NCBI GenBank assembly: GCA_964401485.1
Contig: CAYNYL010000003.1
Span: forward strand, 18,365-82,364
Reading direction: 5' to 3'
Source of the DNA: an uncultured Gammaproteobacteria bacterium
Lineage (GTDB): Bacteria; Patescibacteriota; Patescibacteriia; UBA9934
DNA length: 64,000 nt
Part shown: one piece after another, positions 1 through 9,775 of the stretch
Layout of the letters: the number at the start of each line of letters is the position of its first letter
Numbering within the stretch: the first letter of the stretch is position 1
Program-made: the position numbers and the translations under genes
The notes under the pieces: generated by a model
Databases searched by the model: none
Seen by the model: only the letters and a program-made list of their open reading frames with translations
Told to the model about the DNA's origin: nothing

Positions 1-1178
1 TTGGGTCGCGCTACGAGAACGATGCGGTTTGGGGCGGATCACACTTTATCGAGCACTTGATGTTTAAGGGGACGGAAAAACGCCCGACAACACTTGATAT
101 TTCAAAGACACTTGATCGCTATGGTGCGCAATACAATGCCTATACCGGAAAAGATATTACCGGTTACTGGGTGAAGATCGAGGCGGGAAAGCTTCCGGTT
201 GCGGTTGATCTTCTTGCCGACATGATGTTCTTCTCGAAATATGATCCGGAAGAGATGGAGCGAGAGAAGCAGGTCATTATCGAAGAAATTAAGATGTACG
301 AGGAAAACCCGATCATGCACCTTGACGATCTTCTCGAGGATGCGCTTTTTGAGGGAACGCGTCTTGGAAAGAATATTGCCGGAACGGCAAAGTCGATGTT
401 AGACATGAAGCGGGAAGACGTGATCGCGTATCGCGACGAGTACTACACGCCGGAGCGAACCGTGATTGTTATCGCAGGAAAAGTGGATGAGAGCATTTTG
501 GAGACGCTTGAATCGACGTTTGGAACGGTGAATACGAAAGCGGATTCGAAGAACTTTGCGCCTGTCGCGCTCGAAAGTCGAACGGGGCGAAAAGTTGGAC
601 TACAAACAAAGTCGGTGGAGCAGATTCAATTCGGACTCGCGTTTCCAATGGTTGGAAAGGATCACCCGGATCTTCCAGCGATCGGGCTATTGTCGACGAT
701 TCTTGGTGGCGCTATGAGCTCACGCCTCTTTGTCGAGGTACGGGAACGTCGAGGACTTTGCTATACGATTCGATCGAGTGCGGAGACGTACGAGGATGTT
801 GGGATGTTTACGGTTCGTGCGGGACTCGACGCGAAGCGACTCTCCGAAGCGGCGAAAGTTATTTTTGCCGAGCTTGAAAAAATGAAAACCGAGGGAGTGA
901 CCGAGGAAGAATTGCAATATGCTAAAGATCATATCGAGGGGTCCCTCAACCTTAGCCTCGAGGACTCGGCGGACATGGCGGAGTTTTACGGAAAGCAGGA
1001 GCTCTTCCTTCAAAAAATCGAACTTCCGAGTGAGCGTGTGGCAAAGTATCGCGCTGTAACGCGTGAGGACATCCGACGTGTTGCGAGCGAGATCTTTGAC
1101 ACGAATCGGATGGCGGTGGCGGGTATCGGTCCTTACGACTCGAAAGAGGCTCTCCTTAACGAAATCGGACTAAGCTAA
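1..1178 (+). CDS. M16 family zinc peptidase (pitrilysin-like), 5' end truncated by window edge
   Basis: Frame is open from nt 1. N-terminal FIEHLMFKGT fits the HxxEH inverted zinc motif context. Rest matches the M16 core and C-terminal inactive domain (ORF 57..1178 extended upstream). Confidence 0.8.
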   Translation, partial: GSRYENDAVWGGSHFIEHLMFKGTEKRPTTLDISKTLDRYGAQYNAYTGKDITGYWVKIEAGKLPVAVDLLADMMFFSKYDPEEMEREKQVIIEEIKMYEENPIMHLDDLLEDALFEGTRLGKNIAGTAKSMLDMKREDVIAYRDEYYTPERTVIVIAGKVDESILETLESTFGTVNTKADSKNFAPVALESRTGRKVGLQTKSVEQIQFGLAFPMVGKDHPDLPAIGLLSTILGGAMSSRLFVEVRERRGLCYTIRSSAETYEDVGMFTVRAGLDAKRLSEAAKVIFAELEKMKTEGVTEEELQYAKDHIEGSLNLSLEDSADMAEFYGKQELFLQKIELPSERVAKYRAVTREDIRRVASEIFDTNRMAVAGIGPYDSKEALLNEIGLS

Positions 1179-1179
1179 T

Positions 1180-1929
1180 ATGAAATATCTTCTCGCGAAT
1201 TGGAAAATGCATCTCGGGGTGCGTGAATCGGTTGCGCTCGCGAGAACGGTACTTCGGGAACTTCGGGGACAGGATGTTAACCCGACGATTCTTCTCGCGC
1301 CCTCGTTTACAGCGCTTACCGAGGTGAAGAAGGTGGTCGCAAGAAGTTCGATCGCGCTCGTCGGGCAGTCCGTCGCGAGCGAGAAGGTTGGTGCGCTTAC
1401 CGGTGAGATCTCTTCGGTGCAACTTGAGGACGTGGGGGCAACCTATGCGATTATTGGTCACCCTGAACGCATGGCGTTTGGTGAGGATGAGGCGCTTGTC
1501 CGTCGAAAGCTCGCGCATCTTCTCGCAACACCGGTGACTCCGATTCTTTATCTTGGAAAGGATGCGACTGTGCCCGGCGAGGGTCGAGCGGTCGTCTCTG
1601 AGTTTTCTCGACTCCTCAAGGGCGTTGAGATTAAGCGAGGGAAACGACTCTTGGTCATTGTCGAGCCGGCCCATGTTAGAACGCGCGGCCGATCCGCGGA
1701 CCCGGAGGAGATCGTTGAAGTAATCGAGTCGCTTCGGGCTTCTGCCGACAAGCTCGGGCTTCCAAAGATTGCGATCAGTTATCTGTATGCTGGACATGTT
1801 GCCGCCCAAAACGTCCACGATTATTTGCGAGAGCCGACGATTGACGGGGTTGCCGTTGGCGCCTCGAGCTTGAAATTACAGCAGTTTATAGGCATTATGG
1901 AGGAAGCGCGGGATGTGATGCGCGCCTAA
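1180..1929 (+). CDS. tpiA: Triosephosphate isomerase (divergent)
   Basis: N-terminal ANWKMH matches the TIM NWKMN motif. IIGHPERM matches the GHSERR region. Size 249 aa. TAATATG stop-start junction with the upstream gene. Confidence 0.7.
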   Translation: MKYLLANWKMHLGVRESVALARTVLRELRGQDVNPTILLAPSFTALTEVKKVVARSSIALVGQSVASEKVGALTGEISSVQLEDVGATYAIIGHPERMAFGEDEALVRRKLAHLLATPVTPILYLGKDATVPGEGRAVVSEFSRLLKGVEIKRGKRLLVIVEPAHVRTRGRSADPEEIVEVIESLRASADKLGLPKIAISYLYAGHVAAQNVHDYLREPTIDGVAVGASSLKLQQFIGIMEEARDVMRA

Positions 1930-1932
1930 CCT

Positions 1933-2712
1933 ATGATGACGATTATTCTCTTGATCGCGCTTGGCCTTGGAATCCTTCTTTTTGGATTTGTCGTTTGGCG
2001 CAAGCTCCCACAGCTCCGCATTGTTGATCCGCTTTCTTCACAAGAAGAGCAGGCGAAGCAATTAAAAAATGAACTTGTCCGACAGCGGATTGAGCGAACA
2101 ACAAAGAAGCCGTTCCAAGAACTTCACCGTTCGGTGGTCCTCCCATTTGGAGCGAAGATTCAAGAAACGGTCCGAAAGATGGCCGGGAAGCTCGTCGCCG
2201 CGGAAAAGAAATACAAAGAAAAACAAAAGCAAGAGGTGGCCGGAGGGATGAATGAGGAGATGGCGGACGAGATGCTCAAGGAGGCGAAGGGCCTTCTCGA
2301 CGAAGGGTGGTTTGATCGCGCCGAGAAAAAATACATCGAGGTCATTTCCGCAATGCCGAAATATGTAAAGGCGTACGAAGGGCTCGGTCGACTCTACCTC
2401 CAAAAGAAGGAGTACGATTCGGCATTTGAGACGTTTACGTTCCTCTCGAAACTTTCAAAAGATGACCCGTCCGTTATCGCGAGCCTTGGAGAAGTCGAGG
2501 AGCTTCGCGGGAATAAAAAGAAGGCCTTCGAGTTCTTCGAGCAAGCCTACAAGCTTTCCCCGAAAAATCCGAAGTATCTCGATTTCTATATTGATTCTTG
2601 TATCGAGAACGGTGACAAGCATTCGGCAATGACAACGATTGACGAATTGCGAGAGGTAAACCCGGAGAACGCAAAGATCGAAGAGTTCGAAGAGCGCCTC
2701 AAGGCCATGTAA
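1933..2712 (+). CDS. Membrane-anchored TPR-repeat protein
   Basis: N-terminal hydrophobic helix, a charged coiled-coil stretch, and C-terminal TPR-like repeats (AYEGLGRLYLQKKEYDSA, AFEFFEQAYKLSPKNPKY). Confidence 0.55.
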   Translation: MMTIILLIALGLGILLFGFVVWRKLPQLRIVDPLSSQEEQAKQLKNELVRQRIERTTKKPFQELHRSVVLPFGAKIQETVRKMAGKLVAAEKKYKEKQKQEVAGGMNEEMADEMLKEAKGLLDEGWFDRAEKKYIEVISAMPKYVKAYEGLGRLYLQKKEYDSAFETFTFLSKLSKDDPSVIASLGEVEELRGNKKKAFEFFEQAYKLSPKNPKYLDFYIDSCIENGDKHSAMTTIDELREVNPENAKIEEFEERLKAM

Positions 2713-2717
2713 ACAAA

Positions 2718-2736
2718 AAGCCCGCGAATTGCGGGT
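2718..2736. terminator. Bidirectional intrinsic terminator hairpin (CCCGC-GAATT-GCGGG) between the TPR gene and rpmG
   Basis: Perfect 5-bp GC stem flanked by an A-run on one side and a T-run on the other. Confidence 0.6.
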
Positions 2737-2891
2737 TATTTTGTTTCTTTGTGGTTGGTGTGGTTGCCACACTTTGCGCAGTGCTTCTTGAGCTCGAGGC
2801 GTCCTTGGAGCTTGCGCTTGTTCTTTCGCGAGTGGTAGTTGACCGTTTTGCAGTCGGTGCACTCGAAGTGGATCATGTTATCTTGCGACAT
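2736..2891 (-). CDS. rpmG: 50S ribosomal protein L33
   Basis: 51-aa minus-strand ORF, absent from the track because it is under 60 aa. Translates to MSQDNMIHFECTDCKTVNYHSRKNKRKLQGRLELKKHCAKCGNHTNHKETK, with the L33 C4 zinc-ribbon pattern CxxC...CxxC. Confidence 0.85.
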   Translation of the reverse strand: MSQDNMIHFECTDCKTVNYHSRKNKRKLQGRLELKKHCAKCGNHTNHKETK

Positions 2892-2973
2892 AGGGGGGAT
2901 TCATTTACCAAGGTAGTTTAGGGAAAACGGGGGTTTTTGTCAAGGAGAGTGTGGATTTGCTATAATTTTCGAT

Positions 2974-5598
2974 ATGGAGCATTCGCGCGGGCGTGGAGCG
3001 GGGCCGGCTTTAGATAAGGAGAGTCTTGGGCGGGTGGAAGTGGGCCACGATCCGGAAATAACCGTTGAGTCCCGGGAGACGCCTAGTGGACCAGCTATTG
3101 ATGTTGCTCGATTTGTTGAGATTCTCGACGAATACGGGGAAATAAAGGAGGTTGAGGTGCTTCCGGAGCAAACGACGAGAAAGGCGGTTATTCTCGATTT
3201 CATGCGTAACAAGGTTCCAAAGGAGCTTCTGTTGTCCGCAGTCGCGCATGGGATTATCACTCAGCAATTGTCCTCACATGTAGATTTCGAGAATGGAAAA
3301 TACACCTGTATCGAGACGGAAGAGGACGCGGGTCCCGAGCGCGTGCGGGAGCTTATTGGGGAGTGGAGAGAAACGCAGGAAAAGCGCGAAGCGATTAAGG
3401 CGGAACTGCAGGAGGATTACAAGGGCGAGATTGAGAGGATGTATGAGCGGTTATTTCCAGAATCGATTGACGCACCGTTTTCTGAACTGATTCCGACAAT
3501 CGGGGATTACGCAACGATTGACGCGTACTCGTCGGTACTCGGCGTCGTTGGTGTGACAAGTGACCTCAAGAGCCCTGAGTATTTTGAACGCGAAGTAGCG
3601 ACGAAAAAGAATGAACTAACGGACCTCTATTCAATTAAGCTTAACGAACTTATTTACGAGGCGGGGGATCAATTTACGGGCGACGTTGAAAGAGATTTAA
3701 CGCTCCTTCAAGAGCACTTCTATTTTGGTGATTACCCGTTTATCGCAAATGGCCGCGCGAGCGAACGTCAGATTATCTATAATAAGGAAGCGAAGTCACC
3801 GATGGCCCAAATTGAATATGGAGTTGTAAATTGCACCGTTGCACAATTATTCCCCGTGATTTTGCGTGATGTTTATAAAGCAAAAGGAATCGATCTTGCG
3901 AATCTTGATGGAGTTGGAGCTGCGGTTTGGGAGGATCACGTTGAAGTCGGGCTCGATGTCGGGGAAGACTATCATCGATTTAGTCCGCTTGAACTCGCTC
4001 AACCAATTTCAGATACATTAGAGAGTGAAGACCGTGAGGCCCTCTTTTTACCTCCAAACCATTTTGTCCGCTCCCTCTATGGATCGTTTGAGTCCGCGGA
4101 TCCTAGCGCTGATCTTTTGGGAAAAGAGTGGACCGAACGATGGTTTGAGGAACATGGAGAGGGCACGCCTTCTGGTGCTCGGGTGAGACTTGAGGGGGAG
4201 CGGCCACTCCGTGTTGATACAATTTCGGGGGAGCGATATTTGGATGGACTGATTCCGGTTGGGACGCGGTACTTGTCCGCGACGGAATCGTTTGAAGAAG
4301 GGGTGGAGGCTAGAGTAAATACGGCGGAAGAAGAGCGCTTCGATGAAGAGCGCCTCTGGAGGACGCTTGAACGGTATCGACTCAATTACCGGTCGGCATA
4401 TAGCGGAGCCCCAGCCGAAGGCGCATTCGCCATCTTTTTACCGAGGTGGTTTAACGATCCCGAAGAAACACGGGTATTTCTCGCGACCGCCGAGGAAATC
4501 GGTCCATCAAGGGAGATGATTCTGGATGCGTATCTCCACGATCAGTTTGCAAAAGACCGAGAGCCAATTGCGCCGAAGCTTGAATCGGCTTGGATTGCGC
4601 ATCTCTCGGAAACGAAATCAAAAACAATCGGAGCAAGTGTAATCGGGGGCGTTGCGGATCTTCCGTTTGCCCAAGCGTACATGGATGAAAATCCTTCGAT
4701 TGTTCCGATTATTGCCGGTGAGCAGAGTCCTCAAGATATACGCATCGAAGCGCTAAGTGCTGTCGCGGAACGTCTGACGCGAGAGGAGCTCTCGAATTTT
4801 ACTTATCACGCCGAGTATCTTGCGAATAAAGAGGCGATTGATCGAGATCCATACGAATGGATCCGAGCGGGGGACTACCCTGGCGCTCCAACGAGCGAGC
4901 TGCGGGCCAGGCTGGTGCAGTATGGGTCGCCTTTTTTTAGGCGCGACCTCGCGCTTCGTCAGAGAATTTTGTTTCGATTTGAAATTACTGAAAAAGGACT
5001 TTCTGAATTATCGGATAAAGAACTCCTTTCTGGTGTTGAATATAATATTGGATTTGAGCAATTCCCCTCCGAATATCGAGAGGAGCTTCAAGGCCGTTTG
5101 CGTAGCTATATTTTGAGGAGCTCCGAGCTTGAAAGTTGGGATCAGTATAGTCTTCGCAGATTTGTGTGTTCCTTGCCTGACGCGGATTTCGCACTTGTTC
5201 GAGAAAGCGTTGCGGCGAGCGGTTTGCTTTCTCTTGAGCAAATTGCTGCGCGTGATATCGAAGATCCATCGCTTCTCTCAAGTGAACACATTTTCCTTTA
5301 CGGGGAACGTTTTTATAGGTACGACGGAATTGACGAGCTCTTTATTGAACGATACCGCGCTTCGGATCGGGATTCGAGAGCGCAAGCGATTCGCGATTTG
5401 GTTAGATACGCGGCGGAAGTAGTTAATATGGGTATTGCGCGTGATGTGAATCACACGTCTCGAGCATTATCACAAGAAGAATTATTCGAGATAAGACTTT
5501 ATAGTGGTAATCCGCGGTTTGGCGAACTGATGTCGGATGAAGGGAAAGATTTCGAGCAAACGATCAAACTCCTTGATTTACAAGAAGCTGAACGATAG
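2974..5598 (+). CDS. Large acidic hypothetical protein (874 aa), no domain recognised
   Basis: Long uninterrupted ORF with host-like composition and ATG start. No motif I can assign. Confidence 0.6.
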   Translation: MEHSRGRGAGPALDKESLGRVEVGHDPEITVESRETPSGPAIDVARFVEILDEYGEIKEVEVLPEQTTRKAVILDFMRNKVPKELLLSAVAHGIITQQLSSHVDFENGKYTCIETEEDAGPERVRELIGEWRETQEKREAIKAELQEDYKGEIERMYERLFPESIDAPFSELIPTIGDYATIDAYSSVLGVVGVTSDLKSPEYFEREVATKKNELTDLYSIKLNELIYEAGDQFTGDVERDLTLLQEHFYFGDYPFIANGRASERQIIYNKEAKSPMAQIEYGVVNCTVAQLFPVILRDVYKAKGIDLANLDGVGAAVWEDHVEVGLDVGEDYHRFSPLELAQPISDTLESEDREALFLPPNHFVRSLYGSFESADPSADLLGKEWTERWFEEHGEGTPSGARVRLEGERPLRVDTISGERYLDGLIPVGTRYLSATESFEEGVEARVNTAEEERFDEERLWRTLERYRLNYRSAYSGAPAEGAFAIFLPRWFNDPEETRVFLATAEEIGPSREMILDAYLHDQFAKDREPIAPKLESAWIAHLSETKSKTIGASVIGGVADLPFAQAYMDENPSIVPIIAGEQSPQDIRIEALSAVAERLTREELSNFTYHAEYLANKEAIDRDPYEWIRAGDYPGAPTSELRARLVQYGSPFFRRDLALRQRILFRFEITEKGLSELSDKELLSGVEYNIGFEQFPSEYREELQGRLRSYILRSSELESWDQYSLRRFVCSLPDADFALVRESVAASGLLSLEQIAARDIEDPSLLSSEHIFLYGERFYRYDGIDELFIERYRASDRDSRAQAIRDLVRYAAEVVNMGIARDVNHTSRALSQEELFEIRLYSGNPRFGELMSDEGKDFEQTIKLLDLQEAER

Positions 5599-5609
5599 AA
5601 TAGGGCTAT

Positions 5610-6338
5610 ATGAATACTACACTCGGAATTGGGCTCGTTTTACTTGGATTCTCGGTTATTACGGTTTTGCTCTATTTAAAGCAGAAAAAGACGGTTGCCG
5701 AGATTTCGGGGCTAAAGGAAATTCCAATGAGCGAGGCGGTTCCGGGGGCTCGCGGTATCTTCAAAGGCGAGGTTGGGGGAGTGTCGGCGACGGTGCCGTA
5801 CTCGGATAAGCCGGTTGCGTACTACGAGTTTGAGCTTGACGAGGAGGTGGTAATTGAAAAAGACGGACGAAAAGTGAGACGGTTTAAGCGTGTAAAAGAC
5901 GGAAAGTCAAAGGCACCGATTGAACTCTCTGCTGGCGGAAAGAAGCTTCTTCTTAATCCGAGGGACTTCCCGATGCATCCGCTTGAGATCCATAATGGTC
6001 GTGCAATCGGGCTTAATAGCGACATGCTTAAGGCGATGGACTTTATCGGTTCCGGTGAATCGCTCTTCGCACGACAAGATCTTCTTACAAAGAACCTCAA
6101 GCTCCATCTTTATGGACTTCCGGTTGGAACGCCGGCACTTGCGATCGGGGAGGTGAAGGATGAGGGAAATGGCTCTCTTACGCTTATTCCGCTTGGTGGA
6201 GGAATGAGCTTCTACCCAACTCATGACGTCGCGATGGTTGTCGGAAAGGCAAATCGTGCGGTAACGATGTATCTTGTTCTCTCGATTGCCCTCGTTGTCG
6301 CGGGAGTCGGAGCGATAATTGCAGGACTTGTTTCCTAA
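5610..6338 (+). CDS. Hypothetical membrane protein with N- and C-terminal TM helices around a soluble beta-rich domain
   Basis: Hydrophobic helices at both ends (LGIGLVLLGFSVITVLLYL and LVLSIALVVAGVGAIIAGLV). Lies 12 nt after the 874-aa ORF. Confidence 0.55.
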   Translation: MNTTLGIGLVLLGFSVITVLLYLKQKKTVAEISGLKEIPMSEAVPGARGIFKGEVGGVSATVPYSDKPVAYYEFELDEEVVIEKDGRKVRRFKRVKDGKSKAPIELSAGGKKLLLNPRDFPMHPLEIHNGRAIGLNSDMLKAMDFIGSGESLFARQDLLTKNLKLHLYGLPVGTPALAIGEVKDEGNGSLTLIPLGGGMSFYPTHDVAMVVGKANRAVTMYLVLSIALVVAGVGAIIAGLVS

Positions 6339-6345
6339 AGAAAAG

Positions 6346-6369
6346 ACGGCCTCCGGGCCGTTTTTTTGT
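6346..6369 (+). terminator. Intrinsic terminator (ACGGCC-TCCG-GGCCGT followed by a T-run)
   Basis: 6-bp GC stem followed by TTTTTTTG directly after the 5610..6338 stop. Confidence 0.65.
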
Positions 6370-6387
6370 TGACAAAAACGCCTAAAT

Positions 6388-9300
6388 ATGCTAAAAAACG
6401 GGCTTACTATGCCTATCTACGAACAACTCGCCCGCTTCTTATTCCGTAATGGAAAATTGATCTTTTTCGCTTTTGCTCTTCTTGTGGGGCTTGGATCATT
6501 TGCCCTAACGCAAATCGAACGACAGGGATTCCCTGCGATCTTAGTTAACGTTGCCTCTGTCCAGGTCGTTTATCCGAACGCTGACGCTGAAACCGTTGAG
6601 CGTGAGATTTTGATTCCGCTTGAGGCGGAAATCGAAGCGATTGATACGGTTCTTGAATATCAAGGATCGGCGGGAGATAACTTCGGACTTTTAATCGTTA
6701 CGTTTGATCAAAACGCGGATATTGACGAGGCGGTTGCGGAGCTCCGTAACTCGGTATCGAGCGTTACGCTTCCTTCTGGCGCAAAAGAAGCTGAAGTTGA
6801 GTTGTTTTCGGTTAATGGCGTTGGAGAGTTTATTGTTGCGTTAACGGGCGACGGAGATCCGATGCGACTCTACGAAAAAGGACTTGAATTTGAGACCTCG
6901 CTTCAGGGAGTTGATGGAGTAAAGAAGGTGACAGCCATGAACCCGCTTACCCCGGAGATTCGGATTACGTTTGACGGAAAGGCGCTCGCGGAGGCTGGTC
7001 TTACGCGAAGTGCCGTTGAGGCGCAACTTCAGGGCGCAAATTTCGTTGCGCCTGCCGGATCAATTATTGAGGACGAAACGCAAGTGAATATTGCCGTTGC
7101 GAGCCGGCTCACGACTCTCGGCGAGCTCAAGGCGTACACGCTCGCTCCAGGCGTCACTCTTGATGACGTTGCGAAAATTGAAGAAGTTGTAAACAACAAC
7201 GATTACTATAACCGTGTTGGTATTGAGTCGAAGAAGGGAGATGTCGCTGTTTCCCGTGCTCTTCTTTACGGTATTGCGATTGACGCGGATGCCGATATTC
7301 TTACGGTTGATGAGTCGCTTAAAACGGCGCTCGAAACGGTGCGAGACAATGAGCCAAAAAATTCGAAGTACGGCTACGAGATTGTGTACTCGCAGGCTGA
7401 TTCGACACGACAACAAATTTCGGAAATCTCACAAAGTATGTTTGGTGCGCCGATTGATGCGTTCGGACCGCTCGCGTTCCTCGGATACATTTTTGGTGGA
7501 CTTCTTCTCGTTGTCATCATGCTTTTTGTACTGATGAACCTTCGTGTTGCGATTCTCGCAGCGCTCGCGATCCCGCTTTCGCTTTTCGCGACGCTAGGCT
7601 ACTTGTATTTCGTAGGCATTGATCTTAATACGCTCGTTCTTTTCTCAATGGTGCTCGTCATCGGTCTCGTTATCGATCCAACGATCGTATTCATGGAGTC
7701 GATGCAACGCTATATCGATGAAGGAATGTCGCCAGAGGACGCGGGAATTAAGACCCTTAAAACGGTTGGACTCGGAGTATTTCTCGCTGTGGCGACGAAC
7801 GCGATCGTCTTTATTCCGTTTGGAGTTGTTTCTGGATTCTTCGGAGAAATTATTAAATATATTCCAGCGACCGTTATCCCTTCGATGATTGCAAGTATCG
7901 TAATTCCGGTCTTGTTCTTCATCCCGATTGGAGCGAAAATTCTCCGTCCTCGAAAGGGTGTGGTTGATGTTGACGGTAGTCTTTCGACGACGTGGGCGGT
8001 TAGCCGTGGTCTCAAACGCCTCCTCGACGGTCTCCTCAAAAAAGGAAAACTTGCCGGCGCGATTCGAGTTGTCGTCTTTGTTGGACTTATGGCGCTTCCG
8101 CTTGTTGTCGGAGGTGTCATGATTCAAACGAAAACGGTTGAAGTTGTGCAATTTGCGGCAACGGACGATTCGGATTTCATGACGATTTCGGGAGATCTTC
8201 CGGATGAATGGTTGTTTGATAAATCGGTGTACGAGGTTGTGGTTCCGGTTCAAGACATTGTTGCTGAGTACGAGGAAGTTCAATCGTTCTTCTACTACGA
8301 ACAGCGTGGAAATGATTTTACCCTCTTTGTTACGCTCGATCCGATCAAGGAGCGACAAGACGCGGAACTCATGACGGCGACAGAGCTTGCCGAGGCGCTC
8401 AACAAGGACTTTGCGTCTCAAAAATTTGACGCCGAAATTAAGGCAGTTGTTTCAAGCGATGGACCTCCTCAAGAGCAGTTCCCAGTTAAACTACGCGTCT
8501 ATCTTGACGACGAAGCGACTCTTGCTGATACGGTCGAGGCGATGCGTTCATATCTTTCGGATGTCGAAGGAGTGGATGTTGTAAACGATACGCTATCAAA
8601 GAAAACAACCGGAGGAACGGTTGTCTACGAGGTTGATTCTGCGAAGGGTGTGCCGGCCGGTCTTGTGTACGGCGCGCTTGCTGAGCGAATTGCGGATCGA
8701 GAACTCGGGGAGCTTACGCTTGGATCGACGAAGTATGAAATTCATTCGCAATATACGGGCGAAAAAGTAAATGATTTCTTGGAACTCGAAGTACTTCCGG
8801 GCCTTCCGCTTGGCGCGGTTGCGACCGAAACGACGCTTGAGTCAAAGACAATTGCTCGATCGAACGGAAAGCGTTACGCGGAAATTTCCGCCTCAGTTCT
8901 TAAGGACGCCGATTCTGCGTTAATCCAGGCAGAGTTTAAGGAGTTTGCGGAGCAGTACGCAAAAGAAAATGACCTTCCGCTGAACGCGCTCGACTTTAAG
9001 GGGGAAGCGGATTCGATCGCCGAGTCGTTCAACGATTTGTTCGTAGCGCTCGCGATTGCCATCTTTATCATGTACGCGCTCCTCGTAATCTTCTTCCGTT
9101 CATTCTTCGAGCCGTTCATCATTCTCTTCGCGATCCCGCTTGGACTTGTCGGTGTATTCCTTGCGATTGGTGCAACGACGGGCCAACTTGGATTCCTCGA
9201 GCTTCTCGGAGTTGTAACGATGACGGGAATTGTTGTAAACGTAACGATCCTCATTATCGACTACGCGAACCAGCTCAAACGAGAAGGGAAGTCGGTTGAA

Positions 9301-9543
9301 GAAGCAATTTCTACGGCAATCGCTCTTCGATTCCGACCGATCGTGCTTACACAGATGACGGCGTTTGGAAGTCTAATCCCGCTCGTGTTCCTTTCGCCGT
9401 TCTGGCAAGGGCTCGCCGCGTCGATTATCTTCGGTATCATTTTCTCCGGACTTCTCTCGCTTATCTCGACGCCGATCCTATACCTCTGGGCCTACTCGGT
9501 GCCGGAGATGGCAAGAAACCTTATTCGAAGATTCCGATCCTAA
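6388..9543 (+). CDS. RND superfamily efflux transporter permease (AcrB-like, 12 TM)
   Basis: 1051 aa with two large periplasmic loops and two TM bundles. The second bundle has an RND-like pattern (FAIPLGLVGVFLAIGATTGQLGF...VVNVTILIIDYANQ). Confidence 0.8.
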   Translation: MLKNGLTMPIYEQLARFLFRNGKLIFFAFALLVGLGSFALTQIERQGFPAILVNVASVQVVYPNADAETVEREILIPLEAEIEAIDTVLEYQGSAGDNFGLLIVTFDQNADIDEAVAELRNSVSSVTLPSGAKEAEVELFSVNGVGEFIVALTGDGDPMRLYEKGLEFETSLQGVDGVKKVTAMNPLTPEIRITFDGKALAEAGLTRSAVEAQLQGANFVAPAGSIIEDETQVNIAVASRLTTLGELKAYTLAPGVTLDDVAKIEEVVNNNDYYNRVGIESKKGDVAVSRALLYGIAIDADADILTVDESLKTALETVRDNEPKNSKYGYEIVYSQADSTRQQISEISQSMFGAPIDAFGPLAFLGYIFGGLLLVVIMLFVLMNLRVAILAALAIPLSLFATLGYLYFVGIDLNTLVLFSMVLVIGLVIDPTIVFMESMQRYIDEGMSPEDAGIKTLKTVGLGVFLAVATNAIVFIPFGVVSGFFGEIIKYIPATVIPSMIASIVIPVLFFIPIGAKILRPRKGVVDVDGSLSTTWAVSRGLKRLLDGLLKKGKLAGAIRVVVFVGLMALPLVVGGVMIQTKTVEVVQFAATDDSDFMTISGDLPDEWLFDKSVYEVVVPVQDIVAEYEEVQSFFYYEQRGNDFTLFVTLDPIKERQDAELMTATELAEALNKDFASQKFDAEIKAVVSSDGPPQEQFPVKLRVYLDDEATLADTVEAMRSYLSDVEGVDVVNDTLSKKTTGGTVVYEVDSAKGVPAGLVYGALAERIADRELGELTLGSTKYEIHSQYTGEKVNDFLELEVLPGLPLGAVATETTLESKTIARSNGKRYAEISASVLKDADSALIQAEFKEFAEQYAKENDLPLNALDFKGEADSIAESFNDLFVALAIAIFIMYALLVIFFRSFFEPFIILFAIPLGLVGVFLAIGATTGQLGFLELLGVVTMTGIVVNVTILIIDYANQLKREGKSVEEAISTAIALRFRPIVLTQMTAFGSLIPLVFLSPFWQGLAASIIFGIIFSGLLSLISTPILYLWAYSVPEMARNLIRRFRS

Positions 9544-9611
9544 ATCAAGAGCGCTCCTTCCGGGGCGCTTTTGACTTTGGCTAAAATGAGCTTATTTTAT
9601 ATCATTTTACC

Positions 9612-9640
9612 TTGACTTTTTGGCCACAATATGCTATATT
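9612..9640 (+). promoter_or_regulatory. Sigma70-like promoter for the DGR target gene (TTGACT-17-TATATT, with extended -10 TGC)
   Basis: cTTGACTttttggccacaatatgcTATATT. Perfect 17-nt spacer. Confidence 0.55.
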
Positions 9641-9775
9641 AACTCCTGTACTTTTCATCTGCGCTAAGATTGGTTATAGCAAAAAGTGGCTTGATAATAG
9701 GCTATTTCTCGCTATGACCAATTCGGTCTACAGCTCCACCTCGGATAGAGGGATGCTAGAAAAAAGGATGACGCC

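Noticed and set aside
7645-8421. 258-aa minus-strand ORF inside the RND transporter gene
   Set aside because: It is antisense to a strongly supported 12-TM transporter, with no motifs.
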